Both the position numbers and the translations under genes were made by a program. This document shows positions 39,216 through 49,312 of a stretch of DNA of 64,000 bases, piece after piece. Source of the stretch: Flavobacteriales bacterium (GTDB lineage: Bacteria; Bacteroidota; Bacteroidia; Flavobacteriales; Flavobacteriaceae); assembly GCA_003331305.1 (NCBI GenBank), contig QOQB01000008.1, forward strand, positions 4,305 to 68,304. The letters are read 5' to 3'. A model generated the notes under the pieces. The model worked only from the letters and a program-made list of their open reading frames with translations. It had not been told where the DNA came from and made no database searches. How positions within the stretch are numbered: the first letter of the stretch is position 1; every line of letters starts with the position of its first letter.

Positions 39216-41076
39216 CGTATATGATGTGATTGTTGTTGGGGGCGGACACGCAGGTGCCGAAGCCGCCGCCGCCGCTGCTAACTTGGGCAGTAAAACGCTT
39301 CTCGTCACCATGAACTTACAAAACATTGGCCAAATGTCATGTAACCCAGCCATGGGCGGAATAGCCAAAGGACAAATTGTTCGAGAAATTGATGCGTTGG
39401 GAGGATATAGCGGTATAGTTTCAGACAAAACGGCTATTCAGTTTAAAATGTTGAATCGCTCAAAAGGACCTGCTATGTGGAGCCCAAGAGTTCAGTCCGA
39501 TCGCATGCTTTTTGCAGCGGCTTGGCGTAATATGTTAGAGCAAACGCCTAACCTTGATTTTTACCAAGATATGGTCACGGACTTGCTTTTTGATGGCCAC
39601 ACTATTGTTGGGGTTAGAACAACGCTAGGAATCGAAATTAAGACGAGGTCTGTCGTGCTCACCAGCGGTACCTTTTTAAATGGTTTAATTCACATTGGCG
39701 AAAAACAATTTGGAGGAGGTCGTGCTGGCGAAAGCGCTTCTTTTGGCATTACGGAACGATTGATTGAGCGTGGCTTTGAGTCTGGGCGCATGAAAACAGG
39801 AACCCCACCACGAGTTGATGGTCGTTCGCTTGATTTCACCAAAATGATTGAGCAGCCAGGAGACGTAGCGCCGTCTAAATTTTCCTATGCAAGCCAGACA
39901 ACACCTCTAACTCATCAGCGCTCTTGTCATATGACTTACACTAGCCCAACGGTTCATGACTTGCTGCGAGAAGGTTTTGATAGATCACCCATGTTCAATG
40001 GACGCATTAAGAGCATTGGTCCGCGTTATTGTCCCTCTGTTGAAGACAAAATCAATCGTTTTGCAGAAAAAGAACGACACCAAATCTTTGTTGAGCCTGA
40101 GGGATGGGACACAGTCGAGGTTTATGTCAACGGTTTTTCCACCTCATTGCCGGAAGAGATTCAGTTTAAAGCGCTACGTGCTGTTGTTGGTTTCGAAAAC
40201 GCCAAGTTTTTTCGTCCAGGTTATGCGATTGAATATGATTATTTCCCTCCAACACAGCTTAAGCATACCTTAGAAACAAAAACGATCAAAGGCCTTTTTT
40301 TTGCTGGACAAATAAACGGCACAACGGGCTACGAAGAAGCGGCATCACAAGGCATCATGGCAGGAATAAACGCTCATCAACGCATTCATGAAAAGGAGCC
40401 CTTTACACTCTCAAGAGACGAGGCGTACATTGGCGTGCTAATAGACGATCTTATCACAAAAGGCACAGAGGAGCCTTATAGAATGTTTACTTCTCGTGCA
40501 GAATACCGAACGCTGTTGCGTCAAGATAATGCGGACACTCGTTTAACTCCTAAGTCACACAAAATTGGTTTGGCCTCAGACGAAAGACTCAAACAAATGG
40601 AACAGCAGTCTGACAAAGCTCATAGGCTCATATCTTTTTTTAACAAAACAAGTATTCGCCCAGAAGATGTCAATCCAATGCTTGAAAACAACGCATCAGC
40701 CCCAGTAAAACAATCTTTAAAAATGGGCAAAGTGCTGTCACGGCCAAATATGACAATGAATGACTTTCTGTCTCACAAACCAGTTGTTGACTTCGTTACT
40801 AAACACGAGATGGACACGACTGTATTAGAGCAAGCAGAAATACAAATCAAGTATGCTGGCTATATTGCGAAAGAAAAAGCCCAAGCGGACAAACTTACAC
40901 AGCTAGATTATGTTCAAATTCCAAAAGAGTTTGATTATGAAAAAGTAAAGTCACTATCCATAGAGGCGCGTCAAAAATTAGCTAAAATTAAACCAGTTAC
41001 CATTGCGCAAGCGTCAAGAATTAGCGGAGTTTCGCCAAGCGACTTGTCTGTTTTGCTTGTGTATATGGGGCGTTAA
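39205..41076 (+). CDS. mnmG: tRNA uridine 5-carboxymethylaminomethyl modification enzyme
   Basis: 623 aa. FAD motif VVGGGHAGAEAA with a GidA family layout. 11-nt overlap with ybeY. Confidence 0.93.
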   Translation: MFHDVYDVIVVGGGHAGAEAAAAAANLGSKTLLVTMNLQNIGQMSCNPAMGGIAKGQIVREIDALGGYSGIVSDKTAIQFKMLNRSKGPAMWSPRVQSDRMLFAAAWRNMLEQTPNLDFYQDMVTDLLFDGHTIVGVRTTLGIEIKTRSVVLTSGTFLNGLIHIGEKQFGGGRAGESASFGITERLIERGFESGRMKTGTPPRVDGRSLDFTKMIEQPGDVAPSKFSYASQTTPLTHQRSCHMTYTSPTVHDLLREGFDRSPMFNGRIKSIGPRYCPSVEDKINRFAEKERHQIFVEPEGWDTVEVYVNGFSTSLPEEIQFKALRAVVGFENAKFFRPGYAIEYDYFPPTQLKHTLETKTIKGLFFAGQINGTTGYEEAASQGIMAGINAHQRIHEKEPFTLSRDEAYIGVLIDDLITKGTEEPYRMFTSRAEYRTLLRQDNADTRLTPKSHKIGLASDERLKQMEQQSDKAHRLISFFNKTSIRPEDVNPMLENNASAPVKQSLKMGKVLSRPNMTMNDFLSHKPVVDFVTKHEMDTTVLEQAEIQIKYAGYIAKEKAQADKLTQLDYVQIPKEFDYEKVKSLSIEARQKLAKIKPVTIAQASRISGVSPSDLSVLLVYMGR

Positions 41077-41910
41077 TTGTTCCACGTGAAACCATTCCAA
41101 GTAAAAGACTTTTTGGTTAGCAAAGAGCTGTTCTCGTTACGGTATGACAGGGGGCTAAACGCATGGCAAACAACACCTGAATTGTCATCCGAAAAATTAC
41201 AAGATTATTACCCAAAGCAAGATTATTTGTCACACACAGACAACGCAAAAAACACCAAAGAGAGGCTGTACTTGTGGGTGAAAAAGCAAAACATCAAAAC
41301 AAAACTTCGCTGGGTTTCAGTATTACACAACAAAGGAAAACTGCTAGACTATGGCGCAGGAAACGGAGCGTTTGTACAAGCGGCTCAAGCGAAAGGCTGG
41401 AAAACATACGCTTTTGATTTTTCTGAAACCGCAAAACGACAGCTAACAAAAAAGGGGATTAATCAAATTAACGAAGTCCGTCAAAACGACAACTATGATG
41501 TGATTACGCTATGGCACGTTTTCGAACACTTGCCTAATCCACAGCAACAACTCAAACGTTTTTACGAAGCTTTACTCCCTGGTGGAATTTTGGCGTTAGC
41601 AATTCCTAACCACAGCTCTTGGGACGCAAAACACTATGGCTTACACTGGGCCGCTTATGATGTACCGCGACATCTTTGGCATTACAATAAAAGTTCTATT
41701 TCAGCGCTTGGGTGCCGCGCTGGCTTTCGTGTATTGAAAATCCGCAATATGTTTTGGGACGCGTTTTATATCTCCCTACTTTCTGAGCAGTATAAAAACA
41801 GCCAGTTGGCTTGGCCCAAGGCTATCGTTAAAGGACTTTACTCAAATCTAGTAGGATGGAGAAAGCGAAACACATCGGCAATAACAATTATACTACAAAA
41901 ACCAAAATAA
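41077..41910 (+). CDS. Class I SAM-dependent methyltransferase
   Basis: 277 aa. SAM-binding motif I LLDYGAGNGAF. The start is a TTG at 41077 and is uncertain. Confidence 0.75.
   Translation: MFHVKPFQVKDFLVSKELFSLRYDRGLNAWQTTPELSSEKLQDYYPKQDYLSHTDNAKNTKERLYLWVKKQNIKTKLRWVSVLHNKGKLLDYGAGNGAFVQAAQAKGWKTYAFDFSETAKRQLTKKGINQINEVRQNDNYDVITLWHVFEHLPNPQQQLKRFYEALLPGGILALAIPNHSSWDAKHYGLHWAAYDVPRHLWHYNKSSISALGCRAGFRVLKIRNMFWDAFYISLLSEQYKNSQLAWPKAIVKGLYSNLVGWRKRNTSAITIILQKPK
41078..41093. other. parS site (ParB-binding centromere-like sequence)
   Basis: TGTTCCACGTGAAACC, 15/16 match to TGTTCCACGTGAAACA. Located immediately after the mnmG stop, at the methyltransferase start. Confidence 0.7.
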
Positions 41911-42031
41911 GCCAATTTAAGCACGCTTAAGCCATTGCTAGGCCACAACGTGTGTCAGACGACACGAAAATGCTGCTAACGGACTGATTTGCCAACCACA
42001 ACCATAACACTCAATTATTGTCGGGCTAAAA

Positions 42032-42060
42032 CAGCATAAGAAAAAACTATGCTGCTTTTT
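42032..42060 (+). terminator. Rho-independent terminator (methyltransferase), overlapping the holB 3' end
   Basis: Stem CAGCATA/TATGCTG (42032-42038 / 42048-42054) followed by CTTTTT. Confidence 0.55.
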
Positions 42061-43201
42061 GATGGAGTAAACGGGTGAGCTTAAACGATAAGTCGGTAAA
42101 AATCATTTGCGCGTTGCCATTGCGTTCCAAATGGTATGCACTTTTCTCAAGTGCATCAACGATAGGTAAAATATTGCCTCCATGAATAAAAGGCGCGAAC
42201 TTCGAAAGTTTAAAATCTGAGGATGACAGAAATGAACTAAGCGAACTCAACCCATAGTGCTGCATAACAGCTGCGCGAATAAGCGAGATAGCAAAACCCA
42301 AAAACTGCTTTTGCGTTTCTACTCCCTTTGAAGCAATTTCTTGACTCCAACCAGCAAGCTCTAGGACAACACCCTTGTTTCCTTTGGCCCGAAAAGCGGT
42401 GCGTACCCAACGTACAAACCATTCCTCAAAGACCTCATATTTTTCTTGACGTTCAAAAAGCGAAAGGGCTTTCCCAACAGCACCATTACTTAAGTCAGCT
42501 AATGTGCTTGCCAAATCTTCACTCGCGCCTTTTCCTATCAAAAATTGAGCAATTTCTTTCTTCGAGACGCGGCCAAAATGTGTTCGTTGAGTTCGAGACC
42601 TAATGGTTGAAATAAGTTGTTTTTCATCTGGGCAAACCAACAAAAACAAGGTTTTTGCAGGTGGCTCTTCTATGCTTTTGAGCAGTTTGTTTGATGCCGC
42701 TGTGGTTAGCTTTTCGGCGTGCCAAATCACGACGCATTTCCATCCCCCTTCAAAAGATTTTAAACGTACTTTCTGCATCACTTGAAGCGCATCTGTAACA
42801 TTTATTACGGCCTGCTTGTTTTCTATTCCCAAAAATTGGGACCAGTTATACAATGTTGCATAGGGTTGCTCTTGAACAAACTGCCGCCAAGGTGTGCTAA
42901 ACTCATTTGAAGTCGGCTTTGACTTTACATCAGGTGTTGTAGCAGTTGGAAAAACAAAATGGATATCAGGATGAATTAGACCATTAGCTTTAAGGCGGGC
43001 CGCAGATTGACCGTTGTCAGCCCCGCAAACCACTGCGCTAGCATAAGCAATTGCCATAGCCAGAATACCTTGTTCATCCCCTCCTTCAAATAATTGCGCG
43101 TGAGGAATTCTTCCTGTAGCAAGACTATCTAGCAGTACTTTCTTTTGATTCTGATGGCCAACAATGTCCTGAAAACGCATGCCTAAAGATACAAACCGCA
43201 T
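42047..43201 (-). CDS. holB: DNA polymerase III delta-prime subunit (clamp-loader AAA+ protein)
   Basis: 384 aa. N-terminus ...IVGHQNQKKVLLDSLATGRIPHAQLFEG, typical of HolB. An alternative ATG at 43180 (MRFQDIVGH) is equally plausible. Confidence 0.75.
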   Translation of the reverse strand: MRFVSLGMRFQDIVGHQNQKKVLLDSLATGRIPHAQLFEGGDEQGILAMAIAYASAVVCGADNGQSAARLKANGLIHPDIHFVFPTATTPDVKSKPTSNEFSTPWRQFVQEQPYATLYNWSQFLGIENKQAVINVTDALQVMQKVRLKSFEGGWKCVVIWHAEKLTTAASNKLLKSIEEPPAKTLFLLVCPDEKQLISTIRSRTQRTHFGRVSKKEIAQFLIGKGASEDLASTLADLSNGAVGKALSLFERQEKYEVFEEWFVRWVRTAFRAKGNKGVVLELAGWSQEIASKGVETQKQFLGFAISLIRAAVMQHYGLSSLSSFLSSSDFKLSKFAPFIHGGNILPIVDALEKSAYHLERNGNAQMIFTDLSFKLTRLLHQKAA

Positions 43202-43239
43202 TTAACTATATCGCAACAACAAAAACGCAAACGAAATTG

Positions 43240-43247
43240 TATTTTTG
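43240..43247 (+). promoter_or_regulatory. -7 promoter box TATTTTTG (pgk)
   Basis: TAnnTTTG 18 nt upstream of ATG 43265. Confidence 0.45.
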
Positions 43248-43264
43248 CCCAAACAAAAAACAAC

Positions 43265-44452
43265 ATGAACAGCTTAGAAAACCTTTCTTTTGACCAAGAG
43301 CGTGCACTTATCCGTGTAGATTTTAATGTACCTCTAGATGACAACGGCAACGTGACAGACGCAACAAGGATTGCAGCCGCACTTCCTACGATTAAGCATA
43401 TTTTGGCAGCCGGTGGTAGTTGTGTGCTGATGTCGCACTTGGGCCGACCTAAAGGGAATGACCCAAAACTCAGTCTAAGTCAAATTGTTTCGACACTCGA
43501 ACAACATTTGGGTCAAGCGGTGCACTTTTGTGACGAGGTAGTAGGTGAAAAAGCCGAGGCTCAAGCCCTTGCGTTGCAACCTGGCGAAGTGTTATTGTTG
43601 GAGAACTTGCGTTTTCACGAGGAAGAAACCAAGGGAGATGAAGCCTTTTCTGCGGCATTGGCAAAGCTGGGTACAGTTTATGTAAATGATGCTTTTGGAA
43701 CAGCACATCGCGCGCATGCTTCAACAACAATTGTGGCTCAGTTTTTTTCTCGAAAAAAATGTTTTGGACACTTATTGGCAGGCGAAATAGAAGCTGTAGA
43801 TAAAGTGATGACATCGGGTGAAAAGCCTGTTTTGGCCATTCTAGGAGGGGCAAAGGTTTCGTCTAAAATCACCATCATTGAAAACATTTTATCAAAAGTA
43901 GATCACCTTATTATTGGCGGCGGCATGGCGTTTACATTTATTAAAGCACAAGGCGGTGCTATTGGAAAATCCATTTGTGAAGACGACAAAATGCCTTTGG
44001 CGCTATCCATTTTAGAGCAAGCAGCCAAGCTAGGTGTAAAAATTCACTTACCGGTTGACGTACGTGCAGGGCAAGACTTTTCTAATGACACCCCACAGCA
44101 AGTATTTTCAATACATAAAATCCCAAGCGATTGGGAAGGCATGGATGCAGGACCAGAGACTGAGAAAATTTTTGATGCTGTCGTAAAGCAGGCTAAAACC
44201 ATTTTATGGAATGGGCCTCTTGGGGTGTTTGAGTTTCCTAATTTCGACACCGGCACTCGTGCTCTTGGCGATAGCATTGTGACCCAAACGAAATCAGGAG
44301 CTTTTTCACTTGTTGGAGGTGGAGATTCGGTAGCGGCTGTAAAGCTTTTTGGCCTTGAAGACAAGGTTAGCTATGTGTCAACAGGCGGCGGCGCAATGCT
44401 AGAAAGCCTTGAAGGAAAAACACTGCCAGGAATCGCAGCGATATTGGCGTAA
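43265..44452 (+). CDS. pgk: Phosphoglycerate kinase
   Basis: 395 aa. Motifs RVDFNVP, SHLGRPKG and GGGDS. Confidence 0.93.
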   Translation: MNSLENLSFDQERALIRVDFNVPLDDNGNVTDATRIAAALPTIKHILAAGGSCVLMSHLGRPKGNDPKLSLSQIVSTLEQHLGQAVHFCDEVVGEKAEAQALALQPGEVLLLENLRFHEEETKGDEAFSAALAKLGTVYVNDAFGTAHRAHASTTIVAQFFSRKKCFGHLLAGEIEAVDKVMTSGEKPVLAILGGAKVSSKITIIENILSKVDHLIIGGGMAFTFIKAQGGAIGKSICEDDKMPLALSILEQAAKLGVKIHLPVDVRAGQDFSNDTPQQVFSIHKIPSDWEGMDAGPETEKIFDAVVKQAKTILWNGPLGVFEFPNFDTGTRALGDSIVTQTKSGAFSLVGGGDSVAAVKLFGLEDKVSYVSTGGGAMLESLEGKTLPGIAAILA

Positions 44453-44471
44453 TTTTTGTTTATTATTACGC

Positions 44472-45443
44472 ATGAAAACACGTGTTTTATTTTTCATACT
44501 AATCATGATGGGGTGTAAGCGCACCTCGACACCCATTGTAAAGCTTTCTAGCGGAAACATCAACACGGTTACAGTCGTAACGCCCACCCTTTTATGGGAA
44601 ACAGAAGTGGGCGATGCGATCAGAGCAGCATTTGCATTTCCCACAGAAGGGCTTCCTCAGCAAGAGCCCATGTTTGACCTGCGGCAAATGCCACCAGATG
44701 TATTTACGGGCTTTGCTCGATCTAGTAGAGCCATTTTGTGGGTGGGCTTTAGTGATGAAGTTGTGATTCGAACAGATAAAAATCGTTATGCACGACCACA
44801 GCAAATGACTGTACTTAGCGCACCCGACACAGCGTCATTGGTAGAAATGATTTTATCGCAGTCTACATCCATAATAAAATCGTTTAAGCAAGGGGAGGTT
44901 GCTGAACGCCAACGCAGGATTAACAAATCTGTTCTAAAGCAAAACATACTAGAGGATCGCTTCGGAATTGATCTTGTAATACCTTCTGCCTATCGCCTGT
45001 TTAAGGAAGGCACAAATACTGCTTGGTTTCAACGCGAAATACAAAAAGGACATGTGAATTTATTGGTATATGCATTACCCAAAAGCACCTCGATAAATTG
45101 GGTAGATCCTTTGCAAGACGTCATACAAATTCGCGACTCTGTGGGAAAAGCATTTGTACCGGGAAGGCTAGAAGGGACACACCTTATTACAGAAGAAGCC
45201 TATGAGCCGTATGTGTATTATACCAAAATAGGCGGGCTTCCAACAATTGAAACTCGAGGCACTTGGGAGGTGAAAGGAGATTTTATGGCAGGGCCTTTTG
45301 TACAGTATCTGCTTGATGATAAAGCAAACAATCGGTATTTAGTTTTGGAGGGTTTTGTGTTTGGGCCATCAGCGGCCAAACGCGACTATGTTTTTGAAAC
45401 AGAGGCAATTATAAAGTCGATATACAGAAAAAACAAGGACTAA
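44472..45443 (+). CDS. Lipoprotein, DUF4837-like
   Basis: 323 aa from ATG 44472. Lipobox FILIMMGCK. The segment [18 protein letters not shown] resembles DUF4837, but that is from memory and unverified. The ORF-track start at 44409 overlaps pgk. Confidence 0.55.
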   Translation: MKTRVLFFILIMMGCKRTSTPIVKLSSGNINTVTVVTPTLLWETEVGDAIRAAFAFPTEGLPQQEPMFDLRQMPPDVFTGFARSSRAILWVGFSDEVVIRTDKNRYARPQQMTVLSAPDTASLVEMILSQSTSIIKSFKQGEVAERQRRINKSVLKQNILEDRFGIDLVIPSAYRLFKEGTNTAWFQREIQKGHVNLLVYALPKSTSINWVDPLQDVIQIRDSVGKAFVPGRLEGTHLITEEAYEPYVYYTKIGGLPTIETRGTWEVKGDFMAGPFVQYLLDDKANNRYLVLEGFVFGPSAAKRDYVFETEAIIKSIYRKNKD

Positions 45444-45610
45444 TTTTCTTGATTGTCGTTGTCTTTTTCTTCTTGCTTGGTAGCGTTTTTAAATTCTTTA
45501 ATTCCTGTTCCGAGTCCTTTCATTAACTCAGGAATTTTGCGGCCGCCAAAAAGCAGGAGTACAACTAGGGCAATTAAAAGGATTTGTACAGGACTGATAG
45601 CAAAAAACAT
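45440..45610 (-). CDS. tatA: Twin-arginine translocase subunit TatA/E
   Basis: 56 aa from ATG 45610. TM helix plus hinge and amphipathic helix ([17 protein letters not shown]). Confidence 0.85.
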   Translation of the reverse strand: MFFAISPVQILLIALVVLLLFGGRKIPELMKGLGTGIKEFKNATKQEEKDNDNQEN

Positions 45611-45625
45611 AATTCGTATTTTTAA

Positions 45626-45633
45626 CAAAGGTA
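45626..45633 (-). promoter_or_regulatory. -7 promoter box TACCTTTG (tatA)
   Basis: TAnnTTTG on the minus strand, 16 nt upstream of ATG 45610. Confidence 0.45.
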
Positions 45634-45683
45634 ACAAAGTAAATGGATTCTATTAGCACGTGTTTTAGTACAAAGCAACTACT

Positions 45684-45691
45684 TATATTTG
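45684..45691 (+). promoter_or_regulatory. -7 promoter box TATATTTG (M23 peptidase-GH3 operon)
   Basis: TAnnTTTG 7 nt upstream of ATG 45698. Confidence 0.4.
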
Positions 45692-45697
45692 CCACAA

Positions 45698-46567
45698 ATG
45701 GATAGCAAAAAGAAAAAGAAGTCAAATTTTTGGAAACGTTGGCGCGCCACGTACCGATTTGTTATTTTTCATGATGAGACATTTGAAGAACGCTTTTCAT
45801 ATAAGCTTAACCGCCTTAACGTCTTTCTTGTTATTAGTATTTCAGTAGTATTCCTCATTGCTGCCACATTCTTGGTGATTTCGCAAACGCAATTAAAAGA
45901 ATATATTCCTGGCTATGATTCTTCTGAGTTACGCCGACAGGCCATTCTGAACAACGACCGGCTTGATTCGTTACAACGAACATTACAACAAAACCAGAAG
46001 TACATTACGTCAGTAAATAAAGTTTTAAGAGGCGATTTGGATCTCCAGGAATTGGAAACTCAACGGCAATTTGACTCCCTACAAGCCGACACTATTTTTG
46101 TAGATTTCCCTACGTCAAAAGCAGATTCACTCCTTCGTCTTGATGTGGCACAAGATGACAAATACAACGTATTGGAATCTGCTAGTCAAACCGTACCCTT
46201 TGTGTTGTTTCCTCCTATTACGGGAACAATAAGCCAAGGATATGACCCAAGCGTGGAGCACTATGCGGTCGATATTGTAGTACCCCTTAACACCCCCGTT
46301 AAGGCTGCAGCAGAAGGAAATGTAATTTTTGCTGACTGGACTACCGAAACGGGCTATGTGGTTATTATCGACCATCCGTATAACATTCTTTCGGTGTATA
46401 AGCACAATGCTTCGTTGAACGTCCGCCAAGGGGATGCTGTTGATCCGGGTCAGGTGATAGCCATTGCAGGAAATTCCGGGACCATGACCACAGGGCCACA
46501 TTTGCATTTTGAGTTATGGAGCGACGGTTATGCGCTTAACCCAGAAGAATTTATTGAATTTGAATGA
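45698..46567 (+). CDS. M23-family metallopeptidase (membrane-anchored)
   Basis: N-terminal TM helix, coiled-coil linker, and a LytM domain with HYAVDI and GPHLHFELW. Confidence 0.88.
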   Translation: MDSKKKKKSNFWKRWRATYRFVIFHDETFEERFSYKLNRLNVFLVISISVVFLIAATFLVISQTQLKEYIPGYDSSELRRQAILNNDRLDSLQRTLQQNQKYITSVNKVLRGDLDLQELETQRQFDSLQADTIFVDFPTSKADSLLRLDVAQDDKYNVLESASQTVPFVLFPPITGTISQGYDPSVEHYAVDIVVPLNTPVKAAAEGNVIFADWTTETGYVVIIDHPYNILSVYKHNASLNVRQGDAVDPGQVIAIAGNSGTMTTGPHLHFELWSDGYALNPEEFIEFE

Positions 46568-48066
46568 TGAGCATAAAGCAACGCATTGCTAGGCGGTGGG
46601 CAAAACGCGCCGTAAAAGCAACAAAAAAATGGGCGCAGAACCCGGTTAAAACCCAAAACAAGGTTTTAATGGATCTGGTCAAAACAGCGAAAAACACGGC
46701 TTTTGGACGAGATCATGATTTTGAAAACATCAGAAATTACGCAGACTTCGTAATGCGCGTTCCCATAAGTGATTATGAGGGATTACGCCCCTATGTAGAT
46801 CGTATGGTAGCGGGCGAGGCAGACGTACTTTGGCAAGGCAAGCCGTTGTATTTTTCCAAAACATCGGGCACCACTTCAGGTGTAAAATATATTCCTATTT
46901 CAAAAGAGTCGATGCCCACTCACATCAAAACGGCTCAAAATGCGTTGTTTCATTACATTCACAACTCTGGAGACGCTTCTTTTGTAGATGGCAAATGGAT
47001 CTTTTTGCAAGGCAGCCCTACACTTTCAAAAACAAATGGAATATCCACTGGACGCTTATCGGGTATTGTGGCGCACTATGTACCTTCTTATTTGCAGCGC
47101 AATAGGCTACCATCATGGAAAACCAACTGCATTGATGATTGGGAGCAAAAAGTGGATGCTATAGTAGAGGAAACGCGACAGGAAGATATGCGCTTAATCA
47201 GCGGTATTCCCCCATGGGTAAAAATGTACTTCGAACGGTTAAAAGAAAAGTCTGGGAAGTCTATTTCTGAGCTTTTTCCCAACTTTTCATTGTTTGTGTA
47301 TGGCGGAGTTAATTACGAGCCCTATCGCGATGTATTAGAGGAGTTGATAGGGCGCAAAGTAGATAGCGTAGAGCTATACCCTGCATCAGAAGCTTTTATA
47401 GCTTTTCAAGACCAATTAGATGAAAAAGGCATGTTGCTGCAATTGGATTCAGGGGTTTTTTATGAGTTTGTTGAAGCAGACAAAGCATTTGATGAAAACC
47501 CAACACGTATTTCTTTGGCAGAGGTCAAACTGGGGGTTAATTATGCGGTTATTTTAAACACTTCTGCGGGGCTTTGGGGGTATAATATTGGCGACACGGT
47601 TGAGTTTGTAAGTTTACATCCGTATCGCATCATTGTCTCAGGCAGAATTAAACATTTTATATCAGCTTTTGGAGAACACGTTATTGGCAAAGAAGTGGAG
47701 CAAGCGATGAACAATACCGTTAAAAAACATCAGGCTTTTGTATCGGAATTCACAGTTGCACCGCATATTAACCCACAGGAAGGCCTGTCACATCATGAAT
47801 GGTGGGTGGCGTTTGAAACACCACCAAAAGATTTGGCTACCTTTACTGCGACATTGGATATGGAAATGCGCCAACAAAACACGTACTACGACGATTTGAT
47901 TTCAGGAGGCGTTTTGCGCCCTTTAATTATTAGAACACTTCCTGCAGACGCATTTGAACACTATATGAAAAGCATCGGAAAACTGGGAGGACAAAACAAA
48001 ACACCGCGATTAACAAATGACAGAAAAGTTGCGGAATCGCTGAATAAACTATTTTACATAAAATAA
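46564..48066 (+). CDS. GH3 auxin-responsive-promoter-family protein (acyl-adenylate-forming superfamily)
   Basis: 500 aa. Motif FSKTSGTTSGVKYIP matches the GH3/ANL adenylation P-loop. 4-nt overlap (ATGA) with the M23 gene. Confidence 0.8.
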   Translation: MMSIKQRIARRWAKRAVKATKKWAQNPVKTQNKVLMDLVKTAKNTAFGRDHDFENIRNYADFVMRVPISDYEGLRPYVDRMVAGEADVLWQGKPLYFSKTSGTTSGVKYIPISKESMPTHIKTAQNALFHYIHNSGDASFVDGKWIFLQGSPTLSKTNGISTGRLSGIVAHYVPSYLQRNRLPSWKTNCIDDWEQKVDAIVEETRQEDMRLISGIPPWVKMYFERLKEKSGKSISELFPNFSLFVYGGVNYEPYRDVLEELIGRKVDSVELYPASEAFIAFQDQLDEKGMLLQLDSGVFYEFVEADKAFDENPTRISLAEVKLGVNYAVILNTSAGLWGYNIGDTVEFVSLHPYRIIVSGRIKHFISAFGEHVIGKEVEQAMNNTVKKHQAFVSEFTVAPHINPQEGLSHHEWWVAFETPPKDLATFTATLDMEMRQQNTYYDDLISGGVLRPLIIRTLPADAFEHYMKSIGKLGGQNKTPRLTNDRKVAESLNKLFYIK

Positions 48067-48077
48067 AACTCACAAAC

Positions 48078-48103
48078 CTTCGTTTTGCCTTTAGCAAACG
48101 AAG
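48078..48103 (+). terminator. Possible hairpin terminator after the GH3 gene
   Basis: Stem CTTCGTTT/AAACGAAG (48078-48085 / 48096-48103) with a 10-nt loop. No U-tract. Confidence 0.35.
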
Positions 48104-48123
48104 CATAAACCAAAAACCATATC

Positions 48124-49185
48124 ATGAGTAAATTTACACCAAAAAATAACGACAATGAAGAAATAGACTTAGGTGTTCTATTTAATTCGATTGGTAGGGC
48201 ATTTACAAAGCTTTTTTCTTTTATAGGCAACATAGTTATGTTTTTGCTAAACACCATTTTTGACATATTGGTTTTTGTACGCAAGCGGATTGTTTATTTT
48301 GCTCTTGCTTGTGTTGTAGGCTTAGCAGCAGGGATTGTTATTGAAAATACATCTCCTACAAATTATTTGGCAACAGCAACCCTGGAGCCTCATTTTGACA
48401 GTGCAAGACAACTCTATAGCAATGTAGAGTACTTAAACGACCTTGCTAAGCAAAGCGACTCTATCCAATTGGGAACATTTTTTGGGATTTCAACAGCCGA
48501 CGCGGCAACAATAAGTACTTTAGAAATTGCTCCTTTTGTAACGGAAACGCGCTTACTCCAAGAGTATAATGATTTCGTAATCGGACTAGACTCATTGGTG
48601 GCAGCCGAGATTTCTTATAAGGACTTTATCAAACAAATGGACGATTATGACCGAAAAATACACGTATTAAGTGTAGAGTCGTCGAAACAAGATCTTTTTG
48701 GGTCTTTGCTAAGCCCGCTAACAAAATCAGTGTCGGAGGTATCATATTTTAGGGAACAGCAAGCAACAGAACTTGCCAATTTGGAATTGATGGATTCTAT
48801 TACACAGGTCTCAATCGTTCAAACAGACTCTTTGTTGTCCTTGTTTAAAGATGTAAAAATTATAGAGGCAAATAAGGAGTTTTCAAACGGCACAAACCTT
48901 TATATGTCTGAAAGTGCTGAAGATAACGCAGAAATTTCCTTGTTAGAGAGAAAAATTACACTTTCAAACCAGCTGGAAGAAATCCGCACAAACAAGCTTA
49001 AAGCAAGGTATGTTGTGGATGTTGTTGCTGCTTTTCCGGAGGTTGGATATTTGGTCAAATCTTTTTGGGGCGACAAAAAGGTTCAGGGCGCTGTTGGAGG
49101 ACTTATTTTGCTTTCTTTCTTTTATTTGATTGTTTATTTGGATTCGTTCATTATTTCAAAAAACAAAGAAGATCGAAGACACTGA
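48124..49185 (+). CDS. Wzz-like polysaccharide co-polymerase (chain-length determinant), no kinase domain
   Basis: 353 aa. N-terminal EEIDLGVLF motif followed by TM1, a long coiled-coil-rich extracytoplasmic region, and a C-terminal TM2 (GGLILLSFFYLIVYL). This is PCP-1 topology. Confidence 0.6.
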   Translation: MSKFTPKNNDNEEIDLGVLFNSIGRAFTKLFSFIGNIVMFLLNTIFDILVFVRKRIVYFALACVVGLAAGIVIENTSPTNYLATATLEPHFDSARQLYSNVEYLNDLAKQSDSIQLGTFFGISTADAATISTLEIAPFVTETRLLQEYNDFVIGLDSLVAAEISYKDFIKQMDDYDRKIHVLSVESSKQDLFGSLLSPLTKSVSEVSYFREQQATELANLELMDSITQVSIVQTDSLLSLFKDVKIIEANKEFSNGTNLYMSESAEDNAEISLLERKITLSNQLEEIRTNKLKARYVVDVVAAFPEVGYLVKSFWGDKKVQGAVGGLILLSFFYLIVYLDSFIISKNKEDRRH

Positions 49186-49312
49186 TTAGTGGGAAATACG
49201 TTGCCTGACAGAACGATACGGAAGTTGACGGATATAACAAAGCTTCTTCAACACCACTGGAATGAAAAGATTGATCTTAAAAAAGTGATAAGAACGTTAT
49301 GTAGATTCTTGG

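Noticed and set aside
44475-44488. 14-bp palindrome AAAACACGTGTTTT, considered as a third parS-like site
   Set aside because: Only the CACGTG core is shared. The flanking half-sites (AAAA / TTTT) do not match TGTT / AACA. The palindrome simply encodes the KTRVL part of a lipoprotein signal peptide.
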